Below, in pieces: positions 49,401 through 61,092 of a stretch of DNA of 64,000 nucleotides. Every line of letters begins with the position of its first letter. Positions within the stretch are counted from its first letter, which is position 1. Source of the DNA: Phoronis australis. Lineage: Eukaryota; Animalia; Phoronida. The stretch is taken from positions 1 to 64,000 of the forward strand of contig NMRA01000247.1 in assembly GCA_002633005.1 (NCBI GenBank). The letters are read 5' to 3'. The position numbers and the translations under genes were made by a program. A model generated the notes under the pieces. That model did not search any database. It was given only the letters and a program-made list of their open reading frames with translations, and was not told where the DNA came from.

Positions 49401-52400
49401 ACATAGTCTGTGTGGGGTATTCATGTTTGCACGATTGGAGAATGAAGACCAAGATGTGGGCCTTTTGTTAGGAGGTTTAGGTTAGTTTCAGTTGTTGCAT
49501 AGAGAGTGCATGCACATCAAGTGACCCATGGTAAAAATTCACTCCAAGATAACCAGGGCTGTATTCCATATATAAAAGAATTTTGCGTGTTAAGGTGATG
49601 TAGTCTCATGCGTCTCTTGTAATGCATGTCAATTCTCCTAACAACTTGAGTGCAACTTTTTCCGCATTTTTTTTAAGTGAACATAGCCCAGGAATATGTA
49701 ATTTTCGAAAAATAACATTCAAAGTGGTAGCAGTTGTTTTTGTTTTTAAACAGAATTTAAATTTCTGTGTCTGTTTTTGCAGTGTGGAGCTCCTAGAAGT
49801 CTTGCCAAACCTGGACTCTGTGTTTATGTCTGTAGGAGGTGGAGGCCTTGTCAGCGGTGTTGGTGCCTACCTGAAGTATGTCAAACCAAGCATCAAGGTA
49901 GCTCTCATGGGTAATCACAGGCAATACTCACTCAATTGCTACTGGTGTGATTGTCATTCAGTTTGGAGACTGGCCTCCCAGTTTCACTGAAATAACTGAT
50001 TGTGTACTTGGAAAGTGCAAAATTCAACACACACAAGGAAAATACATGCACAAACACTGGTTGCAGACCCTGCAGGATCTCTCTTTCATATTCGAGTTGT
50101 GCACACATATCCTCTATCGCCCGTACGACAACAGGCAGGCCAATTATCTCCCAGGCATCAAAGGGTTACTGAAACCTAGCCACCTAGCAGAACTAATTTG
50201 GACACCAGGTACATGTAGAGGTTTCCATCAACAACAATGAATAAACAATGGTAACCAAGATGTCATGTTTTCTCCTTTGTTAATAAGCATTTTATCAGCT
50301 TTGGTACTTGTACCAAGAAAGATTAAGCTTCAATTTTGGGTGGACTTCAGCAAGCATATCTGAGAAGTTGAGGTGCTCTCCAGCTGGTTTATTTAGTGAA
50401 GCTGCTCCGCCCACTCGTTTTGGAAGAACTTTTGACGTATGGCTTTTGAGGATCACTTGTTCTAGATTTACCAAAAAACATACGCATAACTGAGCAACGG
50501 ATCCCAGTGACATGTTTCATTAATAAAGCGGCACACTTGGCGTAGCTGACCCTGTGAGCGTGAATGTATTCGTTATGAGAACCAGTAGTTAAAATTACAC
50601 ATTCTGTTGTCTAAAACTTAATTTGCGAAAGCATGTGTACTAAAAATTACTCGTCACATTTATTAATACATTTTAAGGCTGTAATGTCTTGCTGAGCCTC
50701 TATTCAGATTACTTTCCCCTGTTGCTGAGCTAAGTAGGTCATCACTCTTGTTGTGCACTGGGCTGTTAGGAATATGTCACCCTGACTAATGACCTAACAA
50801 TTTTAAATTGGAAATTTGATGGGAAACTGTTAATTTCACTGAAAAGAACCCAACATAAAAGTAGTTTTGAACTTAATTGAGATTTTCACCATTGTAAATA
50901 GCTTTAAGTTTGTGAAAATAAACTGATCCAGTCATCCTCCCAGGTCTGGCTTGAGCCATATAATGAAACTATAGGTCTACACTTATATGTACATAAACCT
51001 GTCAATATCTCCCGAACTAGTAATCACAGTCTTATGGTTTAAATCAGAGGAACATAGAGGAAACTGTGAAATATGGAATGCTCATGCTCACATATCTAAA
51101 CAACATTCAGGGCTCTCGCAATTTCTAAATGAAAATCACGATTAAGTGTCTTGGGAGGAGTGCCCTCTCCTAGGGATCTCAGCTGCAGCTTATCATAGTG
51201 AATTGACCCGCTGACCTCGCCTAGTGCAGGATAAGGGTTAAAGTCATTAGTTTGACTGGATCTATAAAACAATCAAATCAGTTGTATTCTTGTGATATTA
51301 TCACAAACTGCCAATTCTCACTGTTGTTCGAGTCAAGCAGACATTTGCTGATATGAAGGCGACTTTTGCTTAAATACGCTAGAATATCCTGCAAGTTACC
51401 TAGCGGGATTTAGTTCAGCCAACAGAAAGTTTTGGCTGTGATGTGAGACTTTAAGATTCGATTTGCTGGTGAGCTGATCTCAGAAAAAAGTTTTCCTGCG
51501 ATATTGTCTCTTTAATGGTTATTGAATGATCTTGAATTGTGTATAATTAGGTAATTGGTGTACAGGCTTACCATTCCAAAGCCATGCACCAGGCAGTGAG
51601 AGCTGGACAGATAGTAGACAGTGAGGAGCTTGATACTTTCTCCGATGGCACAGCAGGGAATCTAGAAGTTGATTGTGTAAGTGCATTTTCAGGGCACATT
51701 GACATGGCTTCATTATTAATATGCATGAGTATATTAGAGAGTGGGGGAACTTAGAAGAAACTGTTGGAACATTGTTAAAGTTTCTGTTCTGGTTGATATG
51801 CAGTGTAATCTTCACAATAAATAATCCTGTTAGTGTTTATTAGACAATGGTGAATTGACCTAATTGCTGGATCTGAGTCCAGCAAATTAGATAGCTAAAT
51901 TCAAAATATACAGAAATTTTCATGTTATACATCGAAATGAATTATGACCTTTGATTAGTTGACAAAAAATCCTGGAAGCCATGTGTCCTTACATTCTTTA
52001 AAAATAACTATGAAAAAAATAACCATGTCCATGAGAAATCTGGTCTGTGATTATTGAGAATGCAAGTGGGCCTGTAAGTGACATATGGAATTTTTATGCG
52101 CACACATATTTATATGTCGGTGCATTATGTTGTCATCCCTGTCCATCTGTCCGACGTGTGGCGTCCACTGCTCTAACCTCCAAAACCCTTTGACATTTTG
52201 CACATGTGTAGATGAGATAGCATGAGGAAACTTTCGGACGGATCCAACTACCAGTGTGCCCCCTAGCGGCAATTTTAGTTTTTTACGATTACCTCGGTAT
52301 CCTCAAGGGTACTCTACGGATTTTCATAAACTTTGGCAGATAGGCATCTATTGGTGTGCTGACGCTACCCTCTCGCTTTTGGATGGATTTGAATTATTTT

Positions 52401-55400
52401 ACACAACCTAGTGACCATTTTATGTGCCTACACATAAACGTGCTGTCATCCCCATCCATTCAGTGTTCATTGCTCTATCTTCAAAAGCCTTTCCTGCATA
52501 ATCATGAAATTTTGTAGATATGTTCTTTTTATAGATCGGATAGCACGAGTAAATTTTTGGATGGATCCGACCACTAGTGTGTCCCCTAGGGGCAGTTTTA
52601 TTTCTTGTGTTTACCTCTGTATCTTTGGAGGTCCTCAACGGATTTTCATTAAATTTGGTAGATAAGCATCTATTAGTGAGATGATGCCATCCTTCCATTT
52701 TCATATAGATTCCATGTATTCTGTCCCACCCAGTGGCCATTTTTATGCGCCCACATATTTATATGTGGATGCATTATGCCATCATCTGTGTCCGTACATC
52801 CGTCCGTCCGGGCGGCATCCGTCCGGCATCCGGCGTCCGCTGCTCTATCTCCAAAACCGATTGGGGTTTGTTCATGAAATTTTGCAGACGTGTTCCTTTC
52901 ATGGATGGGAACTTTCGGACGAATCCGACTACCGGTGTGCCCCCTAGTGGCAATTTTAGTTTTTTACATTTACCTCTGTATCTTCAAAGGTCCTCAACGT
53001 ATTTTCATAAATTTTGGTATATAGGCACCTATTAGTGAGACACGGTATCCTCTTGTTTTCTAATGAATTCAACGTAGTTTGCGCCACCTAGTGGCCATTT
53101 TTACTGTTTTCGAGTCTGTTGTTTGACGTCCACCCATCTATCAACCAAACCGCTTTAAGCATGATTGTGTAAATTGGCATGTATGTTCTTACTATGAAGA
53201 GGACGGTTGACGATTTTCCGATGACTTTAACTACTGTGGCGCCTCCTAGGGGTAATTTTGTTTTTTTGCACCTATGGCTATATCTCCTAAACCGTTCGCA
53301 GCATCTTTACTAAATTTAGTAAGTGCATTTATATGATGTTGACAATCGACGACGAGGAGTTTTGAATAGATCTGAGAACTGGTGTACCACCTAGTGGCAC
53401 ATTTATTATTTTTTTACGTTTACCTCTGTATCTTTAAAAGTCCTCAACATAATTTCATAAAAGTTGGCGCACAGGCTTCTGATAGTGAGGTGACACTATC
53501 TTTCTGTTTTCAGATGGATTCAACCTAGTTTGCACCACCTGGTGGCCAGTTTTACTGTTTTTAGACTGTTTTTTTGGTGTCCACCCCTCAATCAACCAAA
53601 CCGCTTTCAGGATAATTGGGAAAATTGGCATGTATGTTTTTACTGTGATGTGGATGGCTGAGGATGATTTTCCGATGACTTCGACTTCTGTGGCGCCTCC
53701 TAGTGGCAGTTTCTTTTTTTGCACCTATGGCTGTATCTCCTAAACCGTTTGCAAGATCTTTACTAAATGTAAGAAGCGTGTTTATATGATGTTGACAACG
53801 GACGACGATAATTTTGGGATGGATCTGGCTACTGGTATGCCCCCTGATGGCAATTTTAGTTTTACGTATACCTCTGTATCTTCAAGAGTCCTCAACAGAT
53901 TTTCATCAAATTTTGAATACTATTGGTGAGATGACGCTATCCTTCCATTTTCGCATGAAATCAAGGTACTTTGCACCAGCTAGCGGCCAGTTTTGCTGTT
54001 TTCGAGTCTGCCTTTTTGTGTCTACCTCTCTATCAACCAAATCATTCTAAGGATGGTTTTGAAAATTGGCGTATATGTGCTTAGTGTGAAGAGGACGGTT
54101 GATGATGACGACTTTGACTACTCTGGCGCCACCTAGTGGTAGTTTTGTTTTGTTTTGCGCCAAAGCTGTATCTCCTAAACCCACAGCAGGATCTTTGTTA
54201 AATTTTGTAAGTGTATTTATATGAAGCTCACAACAGATAATGATGACTTTCAGGCGGATCCAATGAACACTGTGCCCCCTAGTGGCAATTTCATTTTATT
54301 CTGTTTTCCTTTGTTTCTCTGAAGTTCCGTGATGGATTTGTATGAAATTTGGTGTATCGCTTTCTAAAAGAAGTAACGACATGTTCCCATTTCCAGATGG
54401 ATTGTTTGTTTTTGTGCCATCTAGTGGCCATTTTTATGACACAAATAAGCAACCCTAAAAGCACACCATTTGCGATGCATTCGTGGTTGCATTTCAACGC
54501 TCCGCATTGCTCTTGTTACTGCTTTTTTGAGTCTGGAAATCCGCTGGCAATGTTGAAAGAAACCATGCAGTTGAAGGCAATCAAATATTTGTGGACAAAG
54601 TAGACTCGTGATGTTATGGTGCTTGCTTAGATAAGTTGTCTATGTACCGTCTACATTGGGGGTTCCATTAGGTAGTATTCTGCTTCTCATTCGTTCTTGG
54701 CTGGGTACATCTTAATGAGCATTTACCAGCTTGATGGCTCATAACCAGAAGAAACCTGTTGGAAATGTAGGAGAGCCAAGCGTCATCATACTGCTCTTGG
54801 CATGTCCCCCTGTATTAGGTAGAAATTCACTATTGTTTGATAATGTGATCTGAATTGCCATTGATACCAGAGGTCCATCTAGACTGCCCAATCGTGTGTT
54901 TAGTAACCCCTTCAATTCTTCGTTAGTGCTGTAATACCAGCCTTCATTCTATTGCTCAGTGGTAACTGAAACTAATTTATGAGTGCATGAATTGTACTAG
55001 GTTTTGGCACAATATTTCACCATCATTTGAGCTGTCTCAACTGACAGCATTTGACTCGTCATCTAGACTGATTCTACTTTGTATATTTGATAACAGATTA
55101 CACTTGATATTTGTCGACAAGTTGTTGATGACTGGGTCTTGTGCACGGAGGAGGAGATAGCATACGGTGTCTACTTCATGTTGGAGAAACATAAAAAGGT
55201 TTGTAGTCATTAATTGTGGAATTTGGACCTCATCTGAGTTTATCTTATGTTAGATAATTCTGAATGCCACGAGTATTGGATAGTGTAGTTTAAACTGACT
55301 AAAGATCTCATATTGTCATTGCGTGCAATGTTGAGATTATCCTTTCTCCTAATTTTGGTTGTAGAAATCTTGTGGTCTCTCACAAATATTATCCTGAATA

Positions 55401-58400
55401 ATTCTAACTGATGATGAGCACCATAGATGCAAGACAGTTGTGTGTACAACTAGTATGATTACATGTTTTGCTCGTTATATGTACTGATATTTCGCGAAGA
55501 GTGACATGATCTTGTTTTCCAAGACTGAATCATGACCTTCATCTACATTACCATCTCTCTCAGCATCGCTACCATTGTCATCTGCCTCTGTTTTGACTTG
55601 AGCCTCTGTAATGAGCGGAGGTGGCATTCGTTTTACCATTGAACCATATGGTGCCAAATTTGCCCATCTATTGGGTGTTTTGTTCAGGATATCGTGAACC
55701 TTGTCAGTTGTTGATATTGTTATTCCATACACGGAAAGGTTTGACATCAAAACAGTTATGAAGCTTCAGGAGACCATTAGAAAATTAGCCATCCATTCAA
55801 AGATAAAACGAGAGCGCTCGGAGGAGCGACACTCGGTGTTGTAGAACACTGTCAGAGAAACAAACACTGATCTCTTCATCACCACTTTGACACCTAGTGT
55901 TTAGAAAAGCAAAAGAGCTCTTTACACATTTTTAAGTGACTGTATAGCTAATCAAAAAGCAGACAGAAACGCAAGGCAAAATTTTCTCGAACATGCCTCC
56001 TCTCCTCTGTCACCAGTGTTACTATCAATGTGTAGCAGTGATGGCATGATGCCTCTTATGAATATAAGCAAATTGTTCTCACTTTTGAAAGGCGCTGTGA
56101 GTGACCATGGAAGATCATTGTTTGTTGATGACCATATCTTTGACGGCAATTTCCAGAAGTGTATTTGTTGCAAAGCTATGGAGGTACTGCTCATCACCAA
56201 TTCCTAGACAAACTAGCCCACCAATGGATGGGAAGATGTCAACAGTGAACTTTGCTTCATTTAGTTATTCAGAGGAAGAGCTTTTGTGATTGTTTTTGTT
56301 GTACTTAAACCTTTGATAGATAATTTGTAGGTTCTTAGTTATGAACCCCAGAGGTTTTCATGTCGCAAATTGAATTTTTGTTCCCTTGAAATAATGTTTT
56401 AGTCTCCGCTGTCTTATCTAAAAACCCTTGGAACATTCGCGTCATAATTTGTGTATATGGTGTCCAGAACTCCTAAACTATCTTTGCTAAAGAGTGTTTG
56501 TCAGAATAAATCATTAATTGATCATTAATTAGTAGGTGTCTTAATTATTTACAGTGCATATCGGTTTATTTACCTCTTCATATGTTTCATGTTAATTCCT
56601 ATGTCTTAAACAAAGGAGAGTCAGCAATTGGTCGGACATCAAAACCATTAGTTGGGACTTCCACCTTCCAAACCAGTTGACTGTACTGCAAAGCCAAATG
56701 GTCGGTGATCAAAACGCGATGGTCTCACCCAAAAAACTAGTTGGCTGGACCAATGACACAATGGCCGGTGCTGTTATCAGTTTGCTGGTGATCAAACATG
56801 AGCTTCTTCAGAAACTAGCTTTGAAAGTAGAGTGACGGATTTTGATGAAATTTGGTACAAGGGTGTATGGCATCAGTAGATTGATTCATGCCACTTTTCA
56901 ATTGGCCTTGTCCCCCAGGGTCAGGGGTGCGTGGCTTAATATCTAGTTTTTGGCAGAGCTTTTGTAGATGATATCTAGAAAGTGGATTGACAGATTTCAA
57001 CCTTGACAGAAACGTGTGCAAATTCAATATGCCCGCATGAGTAAATTTTGGATAAATTTTACAACTGTAGCACCTTCTAGTGGCCATTTTGTTCTCGACA
57101 AGGGCTTTGCAAGTGTTGTTTGGGGAAGAGTAGAGTCCAGATGATTTCTAGAGAACCGATTATCGAATGTCAATGAATCTTGACAGAGAGGTATATGATG
57201 AGATTGTGCTCGCACAATTTGAGTATCGGCAGATTTCGATAAGTACATTGCCTTCTCGTGGCCACTTTGTGTGAGAAAAATGATTTAATGATTTCAATGA
57301 AATTTGACACAGGGTTTGTATTGACATAGTGCTGGCAAAATTACATTTTTTGGCGGATTCAACTACTGTTGTGCCTCCTAGTGGCCATTTTGTTATTGAC
57401 AAGTGCTTTTTTATGCGCCCACATATTTATATGTGGACGCATTATGCCGTCATCTCTGTCCGTCCGTCCGGGCGGCGTCCGCTGCTCTATCTCCAAAACC
57501 CGTTGACGTACGTTCATGAAATTTGGCACATATGTTCCATTCATGAATGAGACGGCATGTGCGAACTTTCGGACGGATCCGACTACCGGTGTGCCCCCTA
57601 GTGGCAATTTTAGATTTTTACGCTTACCTTTGTATCTTCAAAAGTCCTGAACGAATTTTCATGAAATTTGGTATGTAGGCACGTATTAGTGAGATGACGC
57701 TNNNNNNNNNNNNNNNNNNNNNNNNNNNNNNNNNNNNNNNNNNNNNNNNNNNNNNNNNNNNNNNNNNNNNNNNNNNNNNNNNNNNNNNNNNNNNNNNNNN
57801 NNNNNNNNNNNNNNNNNNNNNNNNNNNNNNNNNNNNNNNNNNNNNNNNNNNNNNNNNNNNNNNNNNNNNNNNNNNNNNNNNNNNNNNNNNNNNNNNNNNN
57901 NNNNNNNNNNNNNNNNNNNNNNNNNNNNNNNNNNNNNNNNNNNNNNNNNNNNNNNNNNNNNNNNNNNNNNNNNNNNNNNNNNNNNNNNNNNNNNNNNNNN
58001 NNNNNNNNNNNNNNNNNNNNNNNNNNNNNNNNNNNNNNNNNNNNNNNNNNNNNNNNNNNNNNNNNNNNNNNNNNNNNNNNNNNNNNNNNNNNNNNNNNNN
58101 NNNNNNNNNNNNNNNNNNNNNNNNNNNNNNNNNNNNNNNNNNNNNNNNNNNNNNNNNNNNNNNNNNNNNNNNNNNNNNNNNNNNNNNNNNNNNNNNNNNN
58201 NNNNNNNNNNNNNNNNNNNNNNNNNNNNNNNNNNNNNNNNNNNNNNNNNNNNNNNNNNNNNNNNNNNNNNNNNNNNNNNNNNNNNNNNNNNNNNNNNNNN
58301 NNNNNNNNNNNNNNNNNNNNNNNNNNNNNNNNNNNNNTTTCTGTGGTGCTTTAAGCAACTGGTGTATAGGATGTGCTTGTATTATGAAGATTACTCACAT

Positions 58401-60833
58401 TTTGCCCCTAGCCTATTGAGGAGACAATGACCATGCCTTTCCATTTTGCAAAGTACAACATACTACATATATGCCCTCTACTGGCCACTTTATGGTACCA
58501 ATAAACAACCCTAGAAGGATACCGTATGCGGTGCAGTTGTGGGCGCATTTCATCGCTCTGCGTTGCTCTTGTAATAGTTGTTTGTAGAAGAGTGTTTCTG
58601 GATGATATCTAAAGAACCAGTTGATGGATTTCATTGAAACCTCACACAAATTTAAATAAGAATCCACTTGCAACATTTGAATTTTGGCGGAATTCAACTA
58701 TTGCAGTGCCTCTTTGTAGATTTTTTGTGAGAGTGATGACATGTAGAAAACCAAGTAAAGGGTTTCGATGGAAGTTGACCCAGGTTTGTGATATCAATGC
58801 GGCAGCACCATTAACTTTGCAAGCGAATTTGACCTCTGTAGCCCCTCCTAATGGCCATTTTGTTCTTGACATTAGGTTTTGAAGTGTTGTTTGGGAGACG
58901 TTTGTTTCTGGATCATATCTAAAGAACCAATTGACGAATTTCAATGAAACATGACGCAAATATATTGCATCAGCACCATTTGATTTTGGGCTAGATTCAA
59001 GAATGGCAGTGCTTCCTAGTGGCCATTTTGTGTGATAGAGTTACCAGATGATATGTAGAGAACTGAGTAGAGGATTTTAATGAATGTTGATACGTTCAGG
59101 CCTACAAGTGTTGTTTGGAGGAAGAGCGTTTCGGGATGATATCTAAAAAATCGATTGGATTTTTTATTAAAACTACACATACTAGGTATATTATGGAATT
59201 GTGCCGACACCATTCCATTCTACAGCTGCAGCACCACCTAGTGGCCATTTCATTTAAGAGTGTTCCTGCATGACTTGTAGAAAACAGGTTGATGGATTTG
59301 AGTGAAAGTTGGCACTGAGGTATGTTATAATGTGGCACATTACAAAATTTTCAAGTTGATTTGACCTTTGTAACTCATCCTAAGTGGCCTTTTAGTTTTG
59401 GACATGAGTATTTTCAATTTTTGTTTGATGGAAGAGCTTTTCTGGGTTATATTTAAAAAACCAATCGTCGGATTTCATTTGAACATAACAGAGGAGTATG
59501 TTATGAGATTGTGCCAGCACCATTTAATTTTCGGGTGGATTTGACTACTGCAGAGCGTTTTTGTGTCCATTTTGGCTGAGAGTGTCTCAAGATGATATAC
59601 AGAGAACCAATGAAGGATTTCAATGAAATTTGAGGTACATAATGTCAATGTGTGGGCATCATTAAAGTTCTGGGCAGACGTGACAACTGTAGCACCTCTG
59701 AGTGGCCATTCAGTTCTTGTCAAGGGGCTTTTCAAGTGCTGTTAGGGGGAAGTGCAACTACAAGATATTGAGAGAACCAACTGATGGATTTCGATATAAC
59801 TCGACTCAGAGGTGAACGGTGTCAATACACCGGCATCGTTTAATTTTGGGATATTGACCTCTGCAGCACTCCCTACTAGTTCAAAAACTAGTGCGGCGAT
59901 CGTCTGGTTTTTGATCTTATTGTGGCCAAAAACTGATTTATCCTACTAGTTATTCTGAGGAAGAACTTTGTGAATGTTATCTTTGAACCTATTGCTGGAT
60001 TTTAATGAAAGTTCACTGTAGTATTTGATATTAATGCGCCATTAACATTTATTTACATTTTGTGCAGATTTGAATACTACCAACAGCTCCCCTTAGTGAC
60101 CGTTTTGATGTCAAGGGGTTTTCATATGTTGTGGGAATAACAGTTTTGGATGATGTGTAAAAAACGATTAACTGATGTCAGGGAAACTAGACACAGACAT
60201 GAGATTATCATTGTGCTGGACGTTTGTTTTTGTGGTGGATTTGTCCACTGCAGCATCATGAGAAGGAGCTTTTCTTTTCAAGTGTTGTTTAGGGGATGAG
60301 TGTTTCTGGATGGCGTGCAGAAAGCTGGCAAATTTCAGTGAAACTTTACATGTATTTATATATGATGACCATGTGCCTGCACAATTTTGTTCCCTGACAA
60401 GGAGTATTTCAAGTGTTGTTTAAAGGAAGAGCGTTTCTGGGTTATATCTAAGCAACTGATTGACAGAATTCAATAAAACTCAAGCTGGCACTATTTAATT
60501 TTCGATTTTATTCGATTACTGCTGCACCTCCGTTTATTCAACTGCTGCAGCATTTTCTAGTGCTGCTTAGAAACATATATGCAAATCACTGTAGGTGCAT
60601 GTCAACCTCACAGCGTTGCTCTTGTTTCAGTTTTCACTCATTCAGTACGTTATGGTACATCTCAAATTCCATCTCATTTTTCTTACCAGGTGGTAGAAGG
60701 CGCTGCTGGTTTAGCCATTGCCGGCTATCTCAAAATGAAAGACAACTTGGCAGGACAGAATGTGGCTATCGTGATTTGCGGATCGAGTATAGGGATGTCT
60801 TCTTTAAAGAAAATCCTCAACATGTTTGCATGA
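40280..60833 (+). CDS. PLP-dependent (fold type II) serine/threonine dehydratase / serine-racemase-family enzyme, 8 coding exons, 993 nt, 330 aa, no ACT domain
   Basis: join(40280-40424,41200-41333,46641-46799,47615-47682,49783-49897,51551-51676,55097-55198,60690-60833); all GT-AG with consistent phases and no internal stop. Motifs VYLKLENEQDTGSFKCRG, ASSGNH, SPYND..VVAGQGTIG, VGGGGL.SG, DG.AG, VEGAAG, VICG. Confidence 0.93.
41200..41333 (+). CDS. Coding exon 2 (PLP-binding lysine)
   Basis: TTTCAG| ENEQDTGSFKCRGAFNKILNCASENPDFVTKGITLASSGNHALGC |GTGAGT. Confidence 0.93.
41609..41885 (+). pseudogene. KolX-like (P2X7 C-terminal 'ballast'-like, Cys-rich) gene 5' remnant
   Basis: MAGVRDPY...GYMFEPEY, frameshift, EDRRGDTSWC*CTVCIVMPTLMECLCC. 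Confidence 0.7.
41890..42684 (-). pseudogene. Kolobok transposase 5' remnant with THAP domain
   Basis: THAP C2CH signature CCVPGC...LHRFP...W...VCGKHF...LKKDAIPS; then frameshifted KFIVDLSKVLELFRRCQVCG...GAQVTIQWECVAGHSGKW. The DDE core is absent. Confidence 0.8.
44290..45134. repeat. 25-bp minisatellite (TCAAGCTAGTTAACAGTCAACA[T/G]TG) x ~34
   Basis: Near-perfect tandem units; one main variable position. Confidence 0.98.
46641..46799 (+). CDS. Coding exon 3
   Basis: TTCCAG| LMASKAVGCKAKIFLSTVVASYKLEKLTKNGGVLYHHGIDCVESEIEARRTAQ |GTACCT. Confidence 0.9.
47615..47682 (+). CDS. Coding exon 4
   Basis: TTTCAG| QEGLTYVSPYNDLLVVAGQGTIG |GTATGA. Confidence 0.93.
49783..49897 (+). CDS. Coding exon 5 (glycine-rich PLP phosphate loop)
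   Basis: TTGCAG| VELLEVLPNLDSVFMSVGGGGLVSGVGAYLKYVKPSIK |GTAGCT. Confidence 0.93.
51551..51676 (+). CDS. Coding exon 6
   Basis: ATTAG| VIGVQAYHSKAMHQAVRAGQIVDSEELDTFSDGTAGNLEVDC |GTAAGT. Confidence 0.9.
52091..54517 (+). mobile_element. Cluster of Helentron-associated (HINE/DINE-1-like) non-autonomous elements; starts at 52091, ~52428 and 52740, 3' end 54517
   Basis: 5' TTTTTATGCGCCCACA with hairpin CCACATATTTATATGTGG, (CCGT)n microsatellite, ~150-bp internal tandem monomers, 3' subterminal repeat plus short hairpin plus CTTGTT; no TSD, T-rich sites. Confidence 0.78.
55097..55198 (+). CDS. Coding exon 7
   Basis: TAACAG| ITLDICRQVVDDWVLCTEEEIAYGVYFMLEKHKK |GTTTGT. Confidence 0.92.
56815..60550 (+). 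repeat. Older diverged repeat array with CC.CCTAGTGGCCATTTT motifs, interrupted by the HINE at 57407-58572
   Basis: Recurring GATGATATCTAAAGAACCA.TTGA.GGATTTCAATGAAA and GCACC.CCTAGTGGCCATTT blocks. Confidence 0.6.
57407..58572 (+). mobile_element. HINE copy (middle in N-gap)
   Basis: 5' TTTTTTATGCGCCCACATATTTATATGTGG + (CCGT)n; 3' GTGGGCGCAT...CGCTCTGCGTTGCTCTTGT. Confidence 0.78.
60690..60833 (+). CDS. Coding exon 8 (terminal)
   Basis: TACCAG| VVEGAAGLAIAGYLKMKDNLAGQNVAIVICGSSIGMSSLKKILNMFA-TGA. Confidence 0.93.
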   Translation: MVEGAAGLAIAGYLKMKDNLAGQNVAIVICGSSIGMSSLKKILNMFA

Positions 60834-61092
60834 CAGCTTGGGAGGTGAATGGACCAGCAACTGCATGTCACAATGGACAATACAGCAGCATGAAGGTTAA
60901 TGATTGCATGTCCATGGTACATACCAAATTAAGTAATCAGGCAAAATACTAATTCTGTTATCATGAAATATACTGGTAATGACTATTATGCCTGCATAAT
61001 TCTAATTTCATAATGGATTAGCCACCATTTAATTACACTGCATTCTTGGTCATAAAGGAAGTCTACTCTGATGATGAATTTGCCAGTTGTCA

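Noticed and set aside
55475-56289. Short minus-strand ORFs in intron 7
   Set aside because: No recognisable motifs or consistent splice structure; possibly old TE debris.
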